Positions 32,498 to 48,083 of a DNA stretch of 64,000 nt are shown piece by piece. How positions within the stretch are numbered: position 1 is the first letter of the stretch; every line of letters begins with the position of its first letter. Source of the stretch: the human T2T-CHM13v2.0 reference genome, Homo sapiens; the NCBI RefSeq assembly GCF_009914755.1, contig NC_060925.1. One strand, given 5' to 3'. The translations under genes and the position numbers were made by a program. Under the pieces are notes generated by a model. It had not been told where the DNA came from. It saw nothing but the letters and a program-made list of their open reading frames with translations, and made no database searches.

Positions 32498-33687
32498 CCT
32501 TCATTCTGTTTTTCATAAGGACTGTACTAATTTACACTCCCACCAACAGTGAATAAGGGTTCCATTTTTTGCACGTCCTTGCCAACACATCTTATCTTCT
32601 GTGTTTTTGATAGTAGTCATTCTAATAGGCATGAAGTGATATCTCATTGTGGTTTTAATTTGCATTTCCCTGATGATTTGTGATGTTGAATATTTTTTTC
32701 ATATACCTACTAGCCATTTGTATGTCTTCATTTGAGAAATTCTATTCAAGTCGTCTGACCAGTTTTTAATTAGGTTATTTGCTTTCTTACTATTGAGTTG
32801 TTTCAATTCCTTATATATTTTGGATATTAACCCCTTGTCAGATGTTTGGTTTGCAAATATATTTTCTCATTCTGCAGGTTGTCTCCTTACTCTGTTCATT
32901 ATTTTTGTAGTTATGCAGAAGCTTTGTAGTTTGATGTAATCCCAGTTGTCCAATTTTGCTTTTGTTGCTTGTCATTTGGGGACATACCCATAATTGATCT
33001 TAGCCAAAAGGCTGAGAAGTGATTTGGGTCATATTAAAAAATATCATTGCCAAGACCAATATAATGGAGTTTTTTTCTAGGTTTTCTTCTGGTAAGTTTA
33101 TAGTTTCAGGTCTTATGTTTAAGTCTTTAATCCATTTTGAGTTGACTTTTTTACAAAGTGTGAGATGAGGGTCTAGTTAATTTTTTTTTTTTGTAAATTG
33201 ACAAATTATAGTTGTATATATTTATGGGGTACAAAGCAATGTTTTGGTTTATTAATACAATGTGGAATAATTAAATCTAGGTTGATATTAAATCAATAAA
33301 ATTGACATCCATCACTTTAAATACTTATTTTTTTGTCATGAAACATTTGAAGTTTACTGTTTTAGTGATTTTGAATTGCACAGTACACTAGAATTAACTA
33401 TATACGTCATGCTGATGTAATAGATTTCAAAAAACAAACACTTATTCCTCCTGTTCAACTGAGGCTTTGTACCTTTTGACAGTCATCTCCCATTCACCCA
33501 AACCCCTAGCCTCTGGTAGCCATCATTCTACTCTCTGCGTCTATAAATTTGATTGCTTTAGATTCCACATATAAGTGAGAACCTATGGTATTTGTCTTTG
33601 TGTGTCTGGCTTATTCCACTTAGCACAGTGTTCTCCAGTTCCATCCATGTTGTTGCAGATGACAAAATCTCTTTCTTTTTAGTTTCC

Positions 33688-34085
33688 ATTATTTTATTTT
33701 ATTTTATTTTATTTTATTTTATTTTATTTTATTTTATTTATATGTTTGTTATGTTATGTTTGTTATGTTATGTTATGTTATGTATGTTATGTTATTTTTT
33801 GAGACAGGGTCTTCTTGTTCCTTTGCCCTGGCTGGAGTGCAGTGACATGATCACAGCTCACTGCAGCCTTGACCTCCCAAGCTCAACTGTCCTTCTGCCT
33901 CAGCCTCCTGAGTAGCTGGGACTACAGATGGTTGCCACCACACCTGGCCAATTTTTTTATTTTTTGTAGAGCTGGGGGTCCCACTATGTTGCCATGCTGG
34001 TCTCAAACTCCTGGGCTCAAGTGATCCTCCCCCCTCAGCTTCTCAAAGTGCTGGGATTACAGATGTGAGCCCCTGCATCTGGCCA
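33688..34085 (-). mobile_element. AluJ with (TTTTA)n/(TTATG)n microsatellite tail
   Basis: Pentamer arrays at 33688-33795 followed by an antisense Alu. Confidence 0.87.
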
Positions 34086-36859
34086 GCATTTCCTTTTAGT
34101 GTTCTATTGTGTACATATACTACATTTTCTCTGTCCATTAATCTATCAGTGGAAACTTAGGTTGGTTCCATAACTGCCAAGTGAATAATGCTGCAATGAA
34201 CATGGGAGTGCAGACATCTCTTCAACATAAGATTTCAGATCTTTTGGGTTAATACCCAGAAGTGGGATTGCTGGATCATATGGTAATTCTATTTTTAGTT
34301 TTTTGAAGAATTTCCATACAGTTTTTCATAATGGCTGCAATAATTTATATCTCCACCGGGAACATACAAGGGTTATATTTTCTCCACATTCTCACCAACA
34401 CTTATCTTTTGTCTTTTAATAATGGTCATCCTGACAAGTGTGACATGATAGCTCACTGTGGTTTTAATTTGCATTTTCCTAATGATTAGTGATGTTGAGC
34501 ATTTTTCAATATACCTGTTTGCCTTCTTTTAAGAAATATCTATTTCTTTTAAGATATGTCTTCTTTGGAGAAATATCCATTCAGGTCCCTTGCCCATTTT
34601 TTTTTCTTTTTATTTACTTTCATTGTTTTCTTCAAAGGCATGATCATTAACTTTTGCCATTTTTCAACCCAATTATTTGTTTTCTTTTTAGAGTTATTTG
34701 AGTTCCTTATATATTTTAGATATTAACCATTTTTTCTAATGTATGAAGGTCTAATGTAATTATTCTGTCAGTAGATAGCCGGTTGTCCCAGCAGCATTTA
34801 TTGAAGAGACTGTGCCTTCCCCATTGTTTGTTCTTAGCACCTTTGTCGAAAATTAAGTGACCGTAAATGTATGGATTTATTTCTGAGCTCTCTATTCTAT
34901 TCCATTGGTGTGTCTGTTATTATGTCAGTACCATGCTGTTTTGATTACTAGAGATTTGTAGTAGATTTTGAAATCAGGTAATGTGATACCTGAAGCTTTG
35001 TTCTTTTTTATCAGGACTGCTTTGGCTATCAGGGTCTTTTGTGGTTCCAAGCAAATTTTAGGATTGTTTTTATATTTCTGTGAAAAATGTCATTGTAATT
35101 TGGCAAGGATTGCATTCAATCTGTAGATCACCTTGGGTAGTATGGACATTTTAACAATATTTTCCTAAACCATGAACACAAAATGTTTTTGCCTTCTTCA
35201 ATCTTTGTCATCAATGTTATTCCTACACATTTTTTTTTTTTTTTTTTTTTTGGTGACTATTGTAGTTGGGATTGTTTTCTTGATTTCTTTTTCAGATAGT
35301 TCATTGTTAGAACATGGAAATGCTACATTTTTTTATTGTTATTGATTTTGTATCCTGCAACTTTGCTGAAATTTTTTATTAGTGCCAACATTTTTGGTAG
35401 AGTCTTTAGAGTTTTCATGTCATCTGCAAACAGAGACAGTTTAACTTCTTCCTTTCCAATTTGAGGGCCTTTTTTTTTTTAAGGAAAATATTTGTGTCTT
35501 TTTATTTTCCTTTCCTTTTGTTTTTGGTTGACGTGTAATAATTGTAGATATTTATGGGATACAGAGTGATATTTTGATACATCTGTGTAATGATCAAATT
35601 AGAGTAATTAGCATATCCATCACCTCAAACACTTATTATTTCTTTGTTAGAAACCTTCAAAATCCTTTCTTCTAGCTTTTTGAAAATATACAATAAATTG
35701 TTAACTCTAATCACCCTACAGTACTATATAAAACTAGAATTTATCTAGTGTTACCCTATCTAGCTGTAATTTAGTATTCATTAACCTACCTCTCTATCCT
35801 CCCCTCCCCCATGCCCTACCCAGCCTCTAATAACTACAGTTTTACTCTCTACTTCTATGAGCTCAACCTTTTTTTTTAGCTCCCACATATGAGTAAGAAC
35901 ATGTGGTGTTTATCTTATTATGCCTGACTTATTTCACTTAACATGATATCATCCAGGCTTATTCATGTTCCCACAAATGACAAGATTTCATTCTTTTTTA
36001 CAGCTGAATAGTATTCCACTGTACGTACGTATCACATTTTAAAAATCCATTCATTCATTTATGGACATTTGGTTTGACTCCATATCTTTGCTGTTGTAAT
36101 AACAATAAACATGGGCATGCAGATTATCTCTTCAATATACTGATTTCCTTTCATTTGAATAAATATTCAGTGGCATTGCTGGATCATATGATAGCTGTAA
36201 TTTTATTTTTTTGAAAAACCTCCATACTGTTTTTTCATAATGATTCTACAAATTTACATTTCCACCAAGAGTATATAAAAGTTCCATTTTCTCCACATCC
36301 TTTCCAATATTTGTTATTTTAAAATTTTTTTTATCATAGCCATTTTAACTGGAGTAGGATGATATCTCATTCCAGTTTTGATTTGCGTTTCTCTGATGAT
36401 TACTGGTGTTGAGAATTTCTTTATATATGTGTTGGTAATTTGTATATCTTCTTTTGAGAAATGTCTATTCAGATCCTTTATCTACTTTTTAATGGGATTT
36501 TTGGGATTTTTTTTTGCTCTTGAGTTGTTTCAGTTTCTTATATGTTATGGATATTAGTCCCTTGTCACATAAATAGTTTGCAAATATTTTTTTTTCATTG
36601 TATACATTGTCTCTTCACTCTGCTATTTCCTTTCTTGTGCAGAAGCTTTTTAGTTTGATATAGTCCTATTTATCTGTTTTGTTTTAGTGGCCTATGCTTT
36701 TGAAGTGTTGCCCATAAAATCTTTGCCTACACCAATGTCCTAAAGCATTTCCTCTGTTTTCTCCTAGTATAATAGTTTTATAGTTTTGGGCCCTTTGTGT
36801 GCCTTTCATGTCTCTCTCTTGGCTAATTGTTTTGGCTAGGACTTCCAGTACTATGTTGA

Positions 36860-37239
<380 letters not shown>

Positions 37240-37587
37240 TGATCTTAGAGGAAAAGCTTTCATCTTTTCACTGTTGATGAAAGCTATGGACTTTCATCAA
37301 TATGATGTTAGCTATGGGCCTGTCATATGTGACCTTTATTATGTTAAGGTACATTCCTTTTATAAATAATTTGTGGAAAGTTTTTATTATGAAAGGATGT
37401 TGAATTTTGTTCAGTATCTTTTCTGCATCTATTGAGATTATCATATGGGTTTGTCTTTTATTCTGTTAAAGTTGTGTATTACATTTATTGATTTACATAT
37501 GTTGAACCATCCTTGCATCCCAGTGATAAATCTCACTTGGTTATAGTGAATTATCCTTTTAATATGCTGTTGAATTTTGTTTGTTAG

Positions 37588-37999
<412 letters not shown>

Positions 38000-39881
38000 A
38001 ATGCTGGCCTTTCTTTGAGTGCTTTAAATATATTGCTACACTATCTTCTTGCTTGCATAGTATGTGACAGGAAATCTAAGTCATCTTTATTATTGTTTCT
38101 CTTTATGTGAAGTGTCATTTTTCTCAGGTTTCTTCTAAGATTTTCCTTTTATCACTAGTTTTAAGCAGTTTGATTATGGTGTATCCCCACGTTCTCATGT
38201 TTTCTTTCTTGTGCTTGGAGTCTATTGAATTTTTTGGATTTATGAGTTTATAGTTTTTTTTCAGATTCGGAAATATTTCAGCTATGATTTCTTCAAATAT
38301 TTTGTAACTCCCTGCTTGCCTTCTTTCCTTTAGCAACTCCCATTACACATTACACACATATTTGGCTGCTTGAAGTTGTTCCATGGTTCAATGATGCTTT
38401 GTTTATTTTTTCTTGGTCTTTTTTTTTTTTAATCTTCTGTGCTTCGTTTTGGATAGTTTCTATTGCTATGTCTCCAAGTTCATTTATCTTTCCTTCTGTG
38501 ATGTCTAATCAGATGTTTATCCCATCCAGTGTGTTTTTCATTTCATACATTTTAGTTTTCATCTGTTGAAGTTCATTTTTAAAAACATCTTATGTATCTT
38601 AATTTGTTAAATTTTTCTCTAAACTTTTGAACATATGGGATGTGTTCAAATATCATAACTGTGTTATCATAACTGTGTTACTCTTATTTATTAATGCTAT
38701 AATCTATGTCATTTTAAAAGTATTTTTGATAAATTATTTTCTTCTCCTCAATGTCAGTTTGATTTTTCTGACTCTTTGTATGCCTGGTCATTTTTTTTTT
38801 TAGATGCACAACATTGTGATTTTTATCTTGAGAGATGCTGTATATTTTTGTTTTATTAAAAATATTCTTGCACTTTTTCTGGAGCGTGGTCAGGTTATTG
38901 AGAGATAATTGGATACTTTCGGGTCATGCTTTTACGCTTTGTTTGGCAGGACCAGAGCAACATTTACCCTAGGGTTAATTTTTTCTCACTACTGAGTCAA
39001 AATCCTTCATATTATTAACCTCAGCCCCATGAATTATGAGGTTTTACTCTCTGGATGATGAAAATAGCTACTATTCCTGGCCCTGTATGAGACGTGGGGT
39101 AGTTTGCTATTATCATTTGCCATGGTTTATTCCCTGGTCTCAGGTAGTTTCCTCTCACATGCTTCATCAGTTCTCAACGGAAACCTTGAAGGGGACCCTC
39201 TGCAAATCTCAGACACTCACTCTCCATGCACTTTCTTCTTTGGTTCTCTGCTCTGAGAACTCTAGCCATATTGGCTTACCTGGACTCCCAGCTCCATCTC
39301 CTCACCTCAGGGAGACCACTGGGCTCTACCTGTGTTGTCCTCTCTGTGTCATGACCGGAAACTCTTTTTAAAGAGTAAACTGGGAAATTCTGAAGTTTGC
39401 CTCATTTGTTTCCTTCACTCAGAGATCACTGTCCTTTATTGTTTATTTCCAATATCTTGAGAGCTCTAATTTTATATATTTGTCCAGGTTTTGTCCAGAT
39501 ATTTTGACGGGTTTTTTTTCAACTTTTATTTTAGATTCAGTGGGTACCTCTGCAGGTTTGTTATCTGGGTATATATTGTGTGATGCTAAGGTTTGGGGTA
39601 CTAATGATCCTGACATCCAGCACTGAGCATAGTAAAAACTTGACAGTTTTTCAACCCTTCCCCTACTCCCTCCCTTCCCCCACTAGTAGTCCCCAGTGTC
39701 TATTGTTACCATCTCTATGTCCATGAGTACCCAATGTTTAGCTCCCTCTTATAAGTGAGAACATGTGGTATTTGGTTTTCAGTTCTCGTGTTAATTAGCT
39801 TAGGATGTCCAGGATTTTTTAGGTGTTTTATGCAAGAAGGTAAATCCAATTTCTATTACTCCATCTTGGCCGGAAGCATAA

Positions 39882-40205
<324 letters not shown>

Positions 40206-40554
40206 CACACTATTGTTTTTATGCATTTAAAAATATCCCCAGAGGCAAGTGCCAACTGTTCTGCTTTCCTGGACTTGAATAACTTTCAAGTTATCTCTCA
40301 GGTAATAATTACCATTTTTGTTAGTGCTGTGGTTACAAAGTTGAGTACGTTTATCCTCATTCTCTTTTAACATGAACTTTTATAGTAGGCAATGATTTTG
40401 AAGAATGCATATATTGTGGTATAGCAGCTATAGCCTGTACAATTAAAGAACCTGTGCAATTGAAATGTATGATTGGTATATACTTCAGGCAAAGTCAGAG
40501 AATACATAAAGACAGATCTTTAATAACATTTTAAAAAGTGAAACTAGATGGTTG

Positions 40555-41180
40555 TGTTACTGGAAAAGGATCCTGATCCAGACGCCAATAAAGGGTTCTT
40601 GAATCTCACACAGAAAGGATTCAAGGTGATTCCATGAATTGAAAACACCTTTATTAAGAAAGTGAAGGAATAAAGAATGGCTACTCCACAGGCAGAAGAG
40701 ACCCGAGGGCTGCTGGCTGTCTACTTTTATGGTTATTTCCTGATTATATGCTAAATAAGGGTGGATTATTCGTGAGTTTTCCAGGAAAGGGGTGGGCAAT
40801 TACCTGAACTGAAGGTTCCTCCCCTTTTTAGAACATATAGGGTAACTTCCTGATGTTGCCATGACATTTATAAACTGTCATGGCACTGGTGGGAGTGTCT
40901 TTTAGCATGCTAATACATTATAATTAACATATAATGAGCAGTGAGGACCACCAGAGGTCACTCTCATCGCCATCTTGGTTTTGGTGGGTTTTATCTGGCC
41001 TCTTTACCACAACCTGTTTTATCAGCAAGGTCTTTATGACCTGTATCTTGTGCTGACTTCCTGTTTCATCCTGTGACTTAGAATACCTAACCTCCTGGGA
41101 ATGCAGCCCAGTAGATCTCAGCCTTAATTTACCCAGCCCCTATTCAAGATAGAGTTGCTCATGTTCAGATGCCTCTGACA
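40555..41180 (-). mobile_element. MER41B-like solo LTR
   Basis: Sense start tgtcagaggcatctgaacatgagcaactc, end ccagtaaca, ~625 bp; GAS motif TTCCAGGAA at 40779-40787. Confidence 0.85.
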
Positions 41181-41339
41181 GTCTGATCTTTGAAAGCAGG
41201 TTTCATTTTCTCTAAGTCATTGTACTTCCCTTTCCCATAGTGCCCAGCATATATATCCTCAAAAACTATTTTTTGTTTGGCTATAATAGACTTATTGGTA
41301 GACCAGGAATATATTTTTTTCATTATTATGATTAATATA

Positions 41340-41680
41340 ACTATTATGGATTGATTGTGTACTATAAGTTAGGCAATCTGCCAGACACTTTGTATACAGT
41401 ATCTAATTCAATCATCACTATTGCTTCTGTGATGGAACATAAACTCATCAAACTCCTGGCCTGATACCCCCAAATGTTAATGTATGGCTTTAGCTCTTTC
41501 AATATGTAACAGTAGCAACCATTGCTTTTATTTCTCTACCTTTAAAATTTTAGTCTTTTTTTATAGGTGAGGAAACGGATTCAGGGAAATTAAATAACAT
41601 GCTCAAGATTCTACAACTAGTAACTGGTACTATTGGGATTCCAAACCCAGGTCTGTCTGATTCCAAAACTCAAGCACATT
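41340..41680 (-). mobile_element. MIR
   Basis: Core ttataggtgaggaaacggattcagggaaattaaataacatgctcaag...ccaggtctgtctgattccaaa. Confidence 0.78.
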
Positions 41681-41702
41681 GTATTGCTTTGTCCTCTGTT
41701 AC

Positions 41703-42195
41703 CATGAAACACAGCAAAGCTTAGTGATTATTTTCTCTGACGAACTCCTCCATTTAGTCTTTCATTATCTTAGAGGAGAGAATAAAAAGAAAATTGTTTT
41801 AGGGCAAGATAGTACTACAGGCATCAGGGTTGGTAGAGTAATTATGCATCTTGAGTTTTCTGAATTTACTCAGGGATCAGATTCAAGTCCAGGGTGATGT
41901 CCCCATGGCTGTTTTATACCTGAAGACCAGAAAAAGATTATGTTCAATAAGCACAATTGACTAAAAATATGCCCGAATCCCTTGTTTCCTTTAAAATAAC
42001 CTTGACAAATTTCCATCAATAGAGATGTATTTGCTCCTCAAGAACACCCCAGTTATTTCAGTCCTGACAGCAAACTTGTTTGACTTGGAAACCCTTTACA
42101 GAGTTATGCAGGGGCTTCTCTTTGGAAAGGCCTAAACTAGATGAAATATTGAGCTTTGATCTCAAGTAATTTTCTAAATAATATTGTGGTATAAG
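41703..42195 (-). pseudogene. Two candidate decayed exons (42195-42001, 41919-41703)
   Basis: Strong acceptors ttctctctttttcag and tctttttctggtcttcag, 81-bp intron; reading frame ambiguous with several stops. Confidence 0.38.
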
Positions 42196-43755
42196 CTGAA
42201 AAAGAGAGAATAAATTTATATTGCACATGTTACAATTTCCTACATGTTGCTTCCCTACAACCAGTAAGCCAGATTTCATATTACTTGGGGTTGGATCTGA
42301 GCAGGGACGGCCATGAGCAGGGGGCCTATCAGTGAAGGAAGTCAAGGTACATGAGCCCAGATTGTCCTCATAAGGAGAAAAGCAGCCTGGATTCGTAGAC
42401 AGGGCCCAGAGTTGATCTGAATTACCTTCAGTCTCAGTCAAGATTTAGCATCAGGTCATTGGTGCCTATCACTGTGGCAATGAGGGATTATTTTTATTCA
42501 GTATTTTGTGTTTGTGCAAAGGCTTTCAGTCATTAATCATTTAACTCTTGTTCCCATGAGACTTTTGTAAAGTAAATGGGAAAGAAATAACACAATTCTT
42601 ATTTTACAGATAGAGAAATAGAAGCCATGTTGTTTGTGGAGGTTACACACTGAAAGAGCTAAAGCCATGCATTAGAATTCAGGGAAACCAGGCCAGGAGA
42701 CTGATGAGTTTTTGTTCCACCACAGAACTGAGGTTTTCTGTTTTTGCATTAAATGGACTTGCTTATTTTTCATTTTGAAAGCAACATGATAGATACTGAG
42801 GTGCGCTGAAGAAAAAATCAGACCTCACCTCCTTACATTATGTAGTCTGAAAATCCTGCTGAGTTCCCACAAAGTTTTTGGAATCCAAACATACATTTAA
42901 GTTTAAGTAGTAAAGATTTTAAAGCATTGCTGATCTTGATTTCTAATAAGAAAGAGAATACTGTATACGCAAATACATACAGTGTGGCTGTGAATAGCTA
43001 GTAATCAGTTACAAAGGAAGAGGATGGCATGGGGACTTGCCGCCTGGAATTAATCTGGTGGGCTTCCTGGAGGGAGTGTGTTTTGAATTTCAATTTAAAA
43101 AAATATTTCAAAGATCCTTTGGGCAAGATGAAATGTTTTTCCTGGTTCTTTCTATTAAGTGTAAACACTACATAAAACTTGGTAAATATCACAAGAAAGA
43201 GAAATTGCCAGATGGGTCCACAAGGACATATTTCAGAATAATGGAAAATAAATGAAGAAAAGTTTTCTGACAGTGAGTTCTTTCAGATCGGTTCATAATG
43301 AGGTATTTCAGGGGGCAGATGGGTGGAACAGTAGAGAGAATGGTCTTAGTGGAAGCCATTTGAATCAGACTGAATAAAGCAGAGAAAGTTCAAGTTTGGA
43401 ATCAGCATAGAGCTATGGGGACAGGGAAATACAATTAGGGCTAGAGCTAGCTCACTTCCTTTGGCATAAGACAGATATTTCATTCAGATCCATTTAGAAG
43501 CTATATAACTGAAAGTCACAGCTTCTTTATTTGTAAAATAGTATAAACAAGGCCTACCTTATAAGCTGAGGAGTAAAATTTTTAAGTCTGAAAAATGCTT
43601 AGAAGGTACATGGCACCAAAGGCAAATCCAGGTTATATAGGGTTTGAATCTTATATAATATTGGAGGCTTTCTTTAAGAAAAAGAATACACAACTCTGGC
43701 TATAAAATTAGATAGTAAAGTGAATATATTTTACAGTAAGAAATCATAACAAATC

Positions 43756-44085
43756 AGCTGGGCTCGGTGGCTCACGCCTGTAATCCCAGCACTTTGGGAG
43801 GCTTAGGTGGGTGGATCGACTGAGGTCAGGAGTTCAAGACCAGCCTGGCCAACACAGTGAAACCCTGTCTCTAATAAAAATACAAAAAATTAGACAGGTG
43901 TGGTGGTGAGCAACTGTAATCCCAGCTACTTGGGAGGCTGAGGCAGGAGAATCACTTGAACCTGGGAGGCGGAGGTTGTGGTGAACAGTGAGCTAAGATT
44001 GCGGCATTGCACTCCAGCCTGGGCAACAAGAAAGAAACTCCATCTCAAAAAAATAATAATAAATAAATAAAATAAATAAATAACA
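43756..44085 (+). mobile_element. AluS (Sx/Sq-like)
   Basis: Sense dimer, (TAAA)n tail; TSD ataacaaatca. Confidence 0.9.
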
Positions 44086-44179
44086 AATCACTAATTCGAA
44101 AAGAAAGCTGACAAATATTGCAAAAATCACAAAATCCAGGAGAACAACATGCTGCTTTTATTAATTGTCTGAAATATTT

Positions 44180-44502
44180 CTATTGTATATATTGTATACT
44201 ATATATATTACTTATATCTAATTATATATATTATATTATATATAATATATAAAAATACAATTATATTATATATGATAATATATAATTAGATATAATTAAA
44301 TATGTAATATATTACATGTAATACATAATAAATATATAAAATATAAAATTTAATATAAAATAAATAATAAATATATAATATATTACATATAATATATAAG
44401 AATATAATTCTATTATATTTAGTAATATATAATTAGATAATATATGAATATGTAATATATTCTATTATGTGGAATATATATAATTCTAATATATATAATA
44501 TA
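44180..44502. repeat. Extremely AT-rich low-complexity tract
   Basis: ~320 bp almost devoid of G/C. Confidence 0.9.
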
Positions 44503-47500
44503 GTTGTACAGATTCTGATTGCTTCTTTATATGACAATTTTGTAATACCATATTGTATAGAGAGAATAGAAACATGGTTCAACTTTCCTTTAGTATGATT
44601 ATTAAAATTTGTGTTTTATTGTTGATAGTTTAGGGAAATTTTTTTCAATACCACATTTTGTTGCTTGCAACGTCATGTAAAATTTTACAATTGTCAAATT
44701 TGGGAAAACTTTTATCAAGATTTTACTTGTAAGAGTTGTAAGATTTAGATAACACTTCTATGACTAGTTTCTGGCTCTGTACATTTCAAATCTTATTTCT
44801 CCTCCACTATTCTCCTAATTTCAGGGCTGGGCATTGTGGGATGTATTCACATAACATCAGAATTCAACATAGGCTCAGCATCATAGGATGCCTGTCATCC
44901 CAACATGATGTCCCTTGGTCACCCAGCTCACTGGTGAGCAGTTGATGATAGAAGTGTTTATGGAATCCATTAATACAACCAGGTGGTTAGCAGTCAGCTC
45001 TACACAAAAGTGATGCCAACCATGTAATACATTTCATTCCACTCAAGCTAAGTATATCTTCAACCCAACTCTGATGCCACCCTACACAAAGGGAAATGTG
45101 ACAGAGGGGAAATCAGGACAGTATTAACTAATTGGTGTTATATACTTTAATTTCGTAAACTTTATGAAAACATACAGCCATGCCTACATATTGATAAAGG
45201 CCCTACAAGGAACTTGGGAGAGGCTCATGGCATTAGCTTCAGGGTCAACTGCCTCTACATGTCATATCAGTGTGCTGAACAGTTCTTTCTCTCCAGACGG
45301 GCAATCCTTGCTCAGCATGAGCAAGATGGTGGTCATGATTTGGGGTTATGCATTCAGGAGACCCCCTGAAGGCAGCATCTCATCCAACCACAGAGATGAG
45401 ATATGTCTCCTTCAGCAGTGGTGAATATAAATAAAATTGAGTTGTGGGGCTCTAAAGGTTCATATAAGGAGACCCTTTGTGCCCTTTTTGTTTTGCTGTA
45501 CATTCTTTTCCCAACACTGACTGGTTAAAATTTGAGTTCAAAACTACTCTTTGAAATTGTTGTGATTTACCTGGCTCTGAACTCTTTCATCTTTCAGAAA
45601 ATCTCTCGTAGGATTGCTATTATCCCCTTCCCCCCACACAAAAAAATGGTAGAGGTCAGCTGGTAAGCTGGTCAAACCTAACTCAGGGCCACTCCACATT
45701 GTCCTAGGCAGAGATACTTTTGGGGCTGGTGCAAGCAGCAGTTGGGAAACAGGGGCCTAGTGATGTAGTGGTCATTCTAGAAATGCAACCCCTCAGAAAC
45801 GTGCTGCCCAGACTTTTGGATGAAGGGTAAAACAAATAAAGCTGCCGCCTATTGGAACGTACACTGGCTCCTTCCACATCTGCAGGACATTTAGCCCCTT
45901 GCATCTGGTAGTGTTTGTGCAAATATAATTCCATATTCACTAATAATTCCTGGGGCTAAAGGCCCCCCCTTGGGTAACCTTGTTAATATTCTCTCAAGGC
46001 CTGGTGTGAACGCCTCATAGCATTTTGATTAGAATTCAATCTTGTGTTTTTTTCCCTCTCAGGCTCTTTCTTCCTCTCTCCTCTCATGCTTTTCTGGCCC
46101 CTGATTTCCTGGCCACCCACATCAGGAGACATTCTCCCTCCCTTCCACTCTCCATTCTCAGTTTCAAGGAATTTCCTTGTTTCAAAGGCAAAGTGTGATT
46201 GACATATTTTTCCCCTCTTAAGAGCAGTCATCTCAGTTTTTGATTTAACCATCTCCTTATGGGGCTTACAGTCATTACCTGGGTGAAAGAGACCTCCTGC
46301 TCACCCTTAAGCACTAGCCTCAGACCTTGCAACTGGCACTTTTATAGACTTTTAAATTGCTGTTTTCCTTCCCTGTATTTTTTTTAACCTTTTATTGTGG
46401 AGGGGTTACGGGGGCACTAACACTTGATTCCCTGGTGAGTAGTACCTTGAGCTTTAAAGATTTTTAGTTATCTGCAAACAGGTAGATCAGCTGCCTCCTG
46501 TCAGTGCTCTCTATCTGCCAAGAAAGGCATTTACTGTTCTTCAGATCTGTGGATAAGAATGGATACTATAATGAGTTCTCTAGTTTTGAATTCACCAGCT
46601 CTGGGCAAGTTGCGAAGTTGTGCTTCTTTGGTTCCTTAGTCTTACTTGACCAGCTTATTTGTCTCTCAGAAAGAGAAAATAGAAAGCAAAAACAAAAGCA
46701 AACTAGCCATAGCAGAGGGAATTATATTTACGCCCAAGAAGAATTTCTTGGGAGTGAAGGTTCTTCATGCTGGAGTGTGGGATTCTGGAATGTATGTGCT
46801 CTCTTTCAGGGTCTGTGAAACAGGCCACCTTATCATGGCATTACTGCAGGTTTCTGCCTGAAGGGAATAAACTAGATGACCTTGGAAGGTCACTCACAGC
46901 TTTTTAATTCAGAAGGAATTCTCATCTTTTCTGCAAAAAGCTCCACTTCTCACAGTGTTAGAGCAGACCCTGTCTTAAGGAAATTACTCCTGTCTTTCCA
47001 GAAGCAGCCTGAGTCACATCTCACTGATTTACTTTCATGAATCTACATCTTCTGCTGCTGATTATGATATATTGCCTACGAAAAGCTCCCAACTGCAAGC
47101 AGCTCTATTGTAGTGCAAATAGTTAACTTTCTAAGGACCTTCGTGTGACCCCACCCCCAAATCCCATTGTTTCAGAAGATAACAAAGTGCTAGAAGATAG
47201 AGGCTTGGATTTACAATAATAATTTTTTTCCCTGCTGGAATTTCAGCAATAGCGGTAGCTTTAATAAAAAGCTGTAAGTCAACAACAAGAAAAACTTCAG
47301 AAACGTTATAAATACATGGAAATTAAACAACATGCCCCTAAATAACCATTGGGTTAATAAAGAAATAAAAAGGGAAATTTAAAAAATTTCTTGAGATGAA
47401 TGAGAATGGAAATACATCATACCAAAACCTGTGGAGCACAGCAAAAGCAGTTCTAAAAGGGAAGTTTATAGTAATAAATGCCCGTATCAAAGAAGAAAGA

Positions 47501-48083
47501 TTTCTAATAAAAAACCTAGTGATGCACCTCAGGGAACTAGAGAAACAATAACAAACTAAACCCAAGATTGGTAGAAGGAAAGAAATACTAAAGCTCAGAG
47601 CAGAAATAAATCAGAGACTAAAAAAATAATAAATGAAAGGATCAATAAAATGAAGTTTTGTTTTTTGAAAAGATAAAATAGATAAACTTTTAGCTAGACT
47701 AAGAAAAAATATTAAATAAAATCAGAATGAAAAAGGATACATTACAATTCATACCACAGAAATTAAAAAGATTATAAGACAGTATTATGAACAACAACCA
47801 TACACCAACAAATCTGATAATGTACAAGAAATGGATCAATTCCTGGAAGCATACAACCTACCATGATTAAATAATAAAAAATAGAAATATGAACACAGCG
47901 ATAAGTAGTGAGTAAATTGAGTCAGGAATAAAACGTTTTCCATCAAAGAAAAAACCAAGACCTGAAAACTTCACTGCTGAATTCTACCAAACACTTAAAG
48001 AACTAATACTGACCCTCGACCTTTTCAGACAGCTAAAGAGGAGAAGGAGGGAATACTTCCACACTCATTTTATGAGGCCAGCA

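Larger units (their letters stand above)
43618..45257. mobile_element. hAT-Tip100 DNA transposon relic (Zaphod/MER115-like) with inserts
   Basis: caaaggcaaatccaggtt...ctttaagaaaaagaatac at one end and cattagcttcagggtcaactgcctcta at the other resemble recalled termini. Confidence 0.6.

Noticed and set aside
45297-45420. Plus-strand exon-like block (ttctttctctccag...gtgaat)
   Set aside because: No convincing partner exons or recognisable product; a lncRNA exon cannot be shown from sequence alone.
45704-45950. 78-codon minus-strand ORF as an extra fossil exon
   Set aside because: Weak acceptor, no clear donor and no phase link to neighbours, so it was left out of the exon set.
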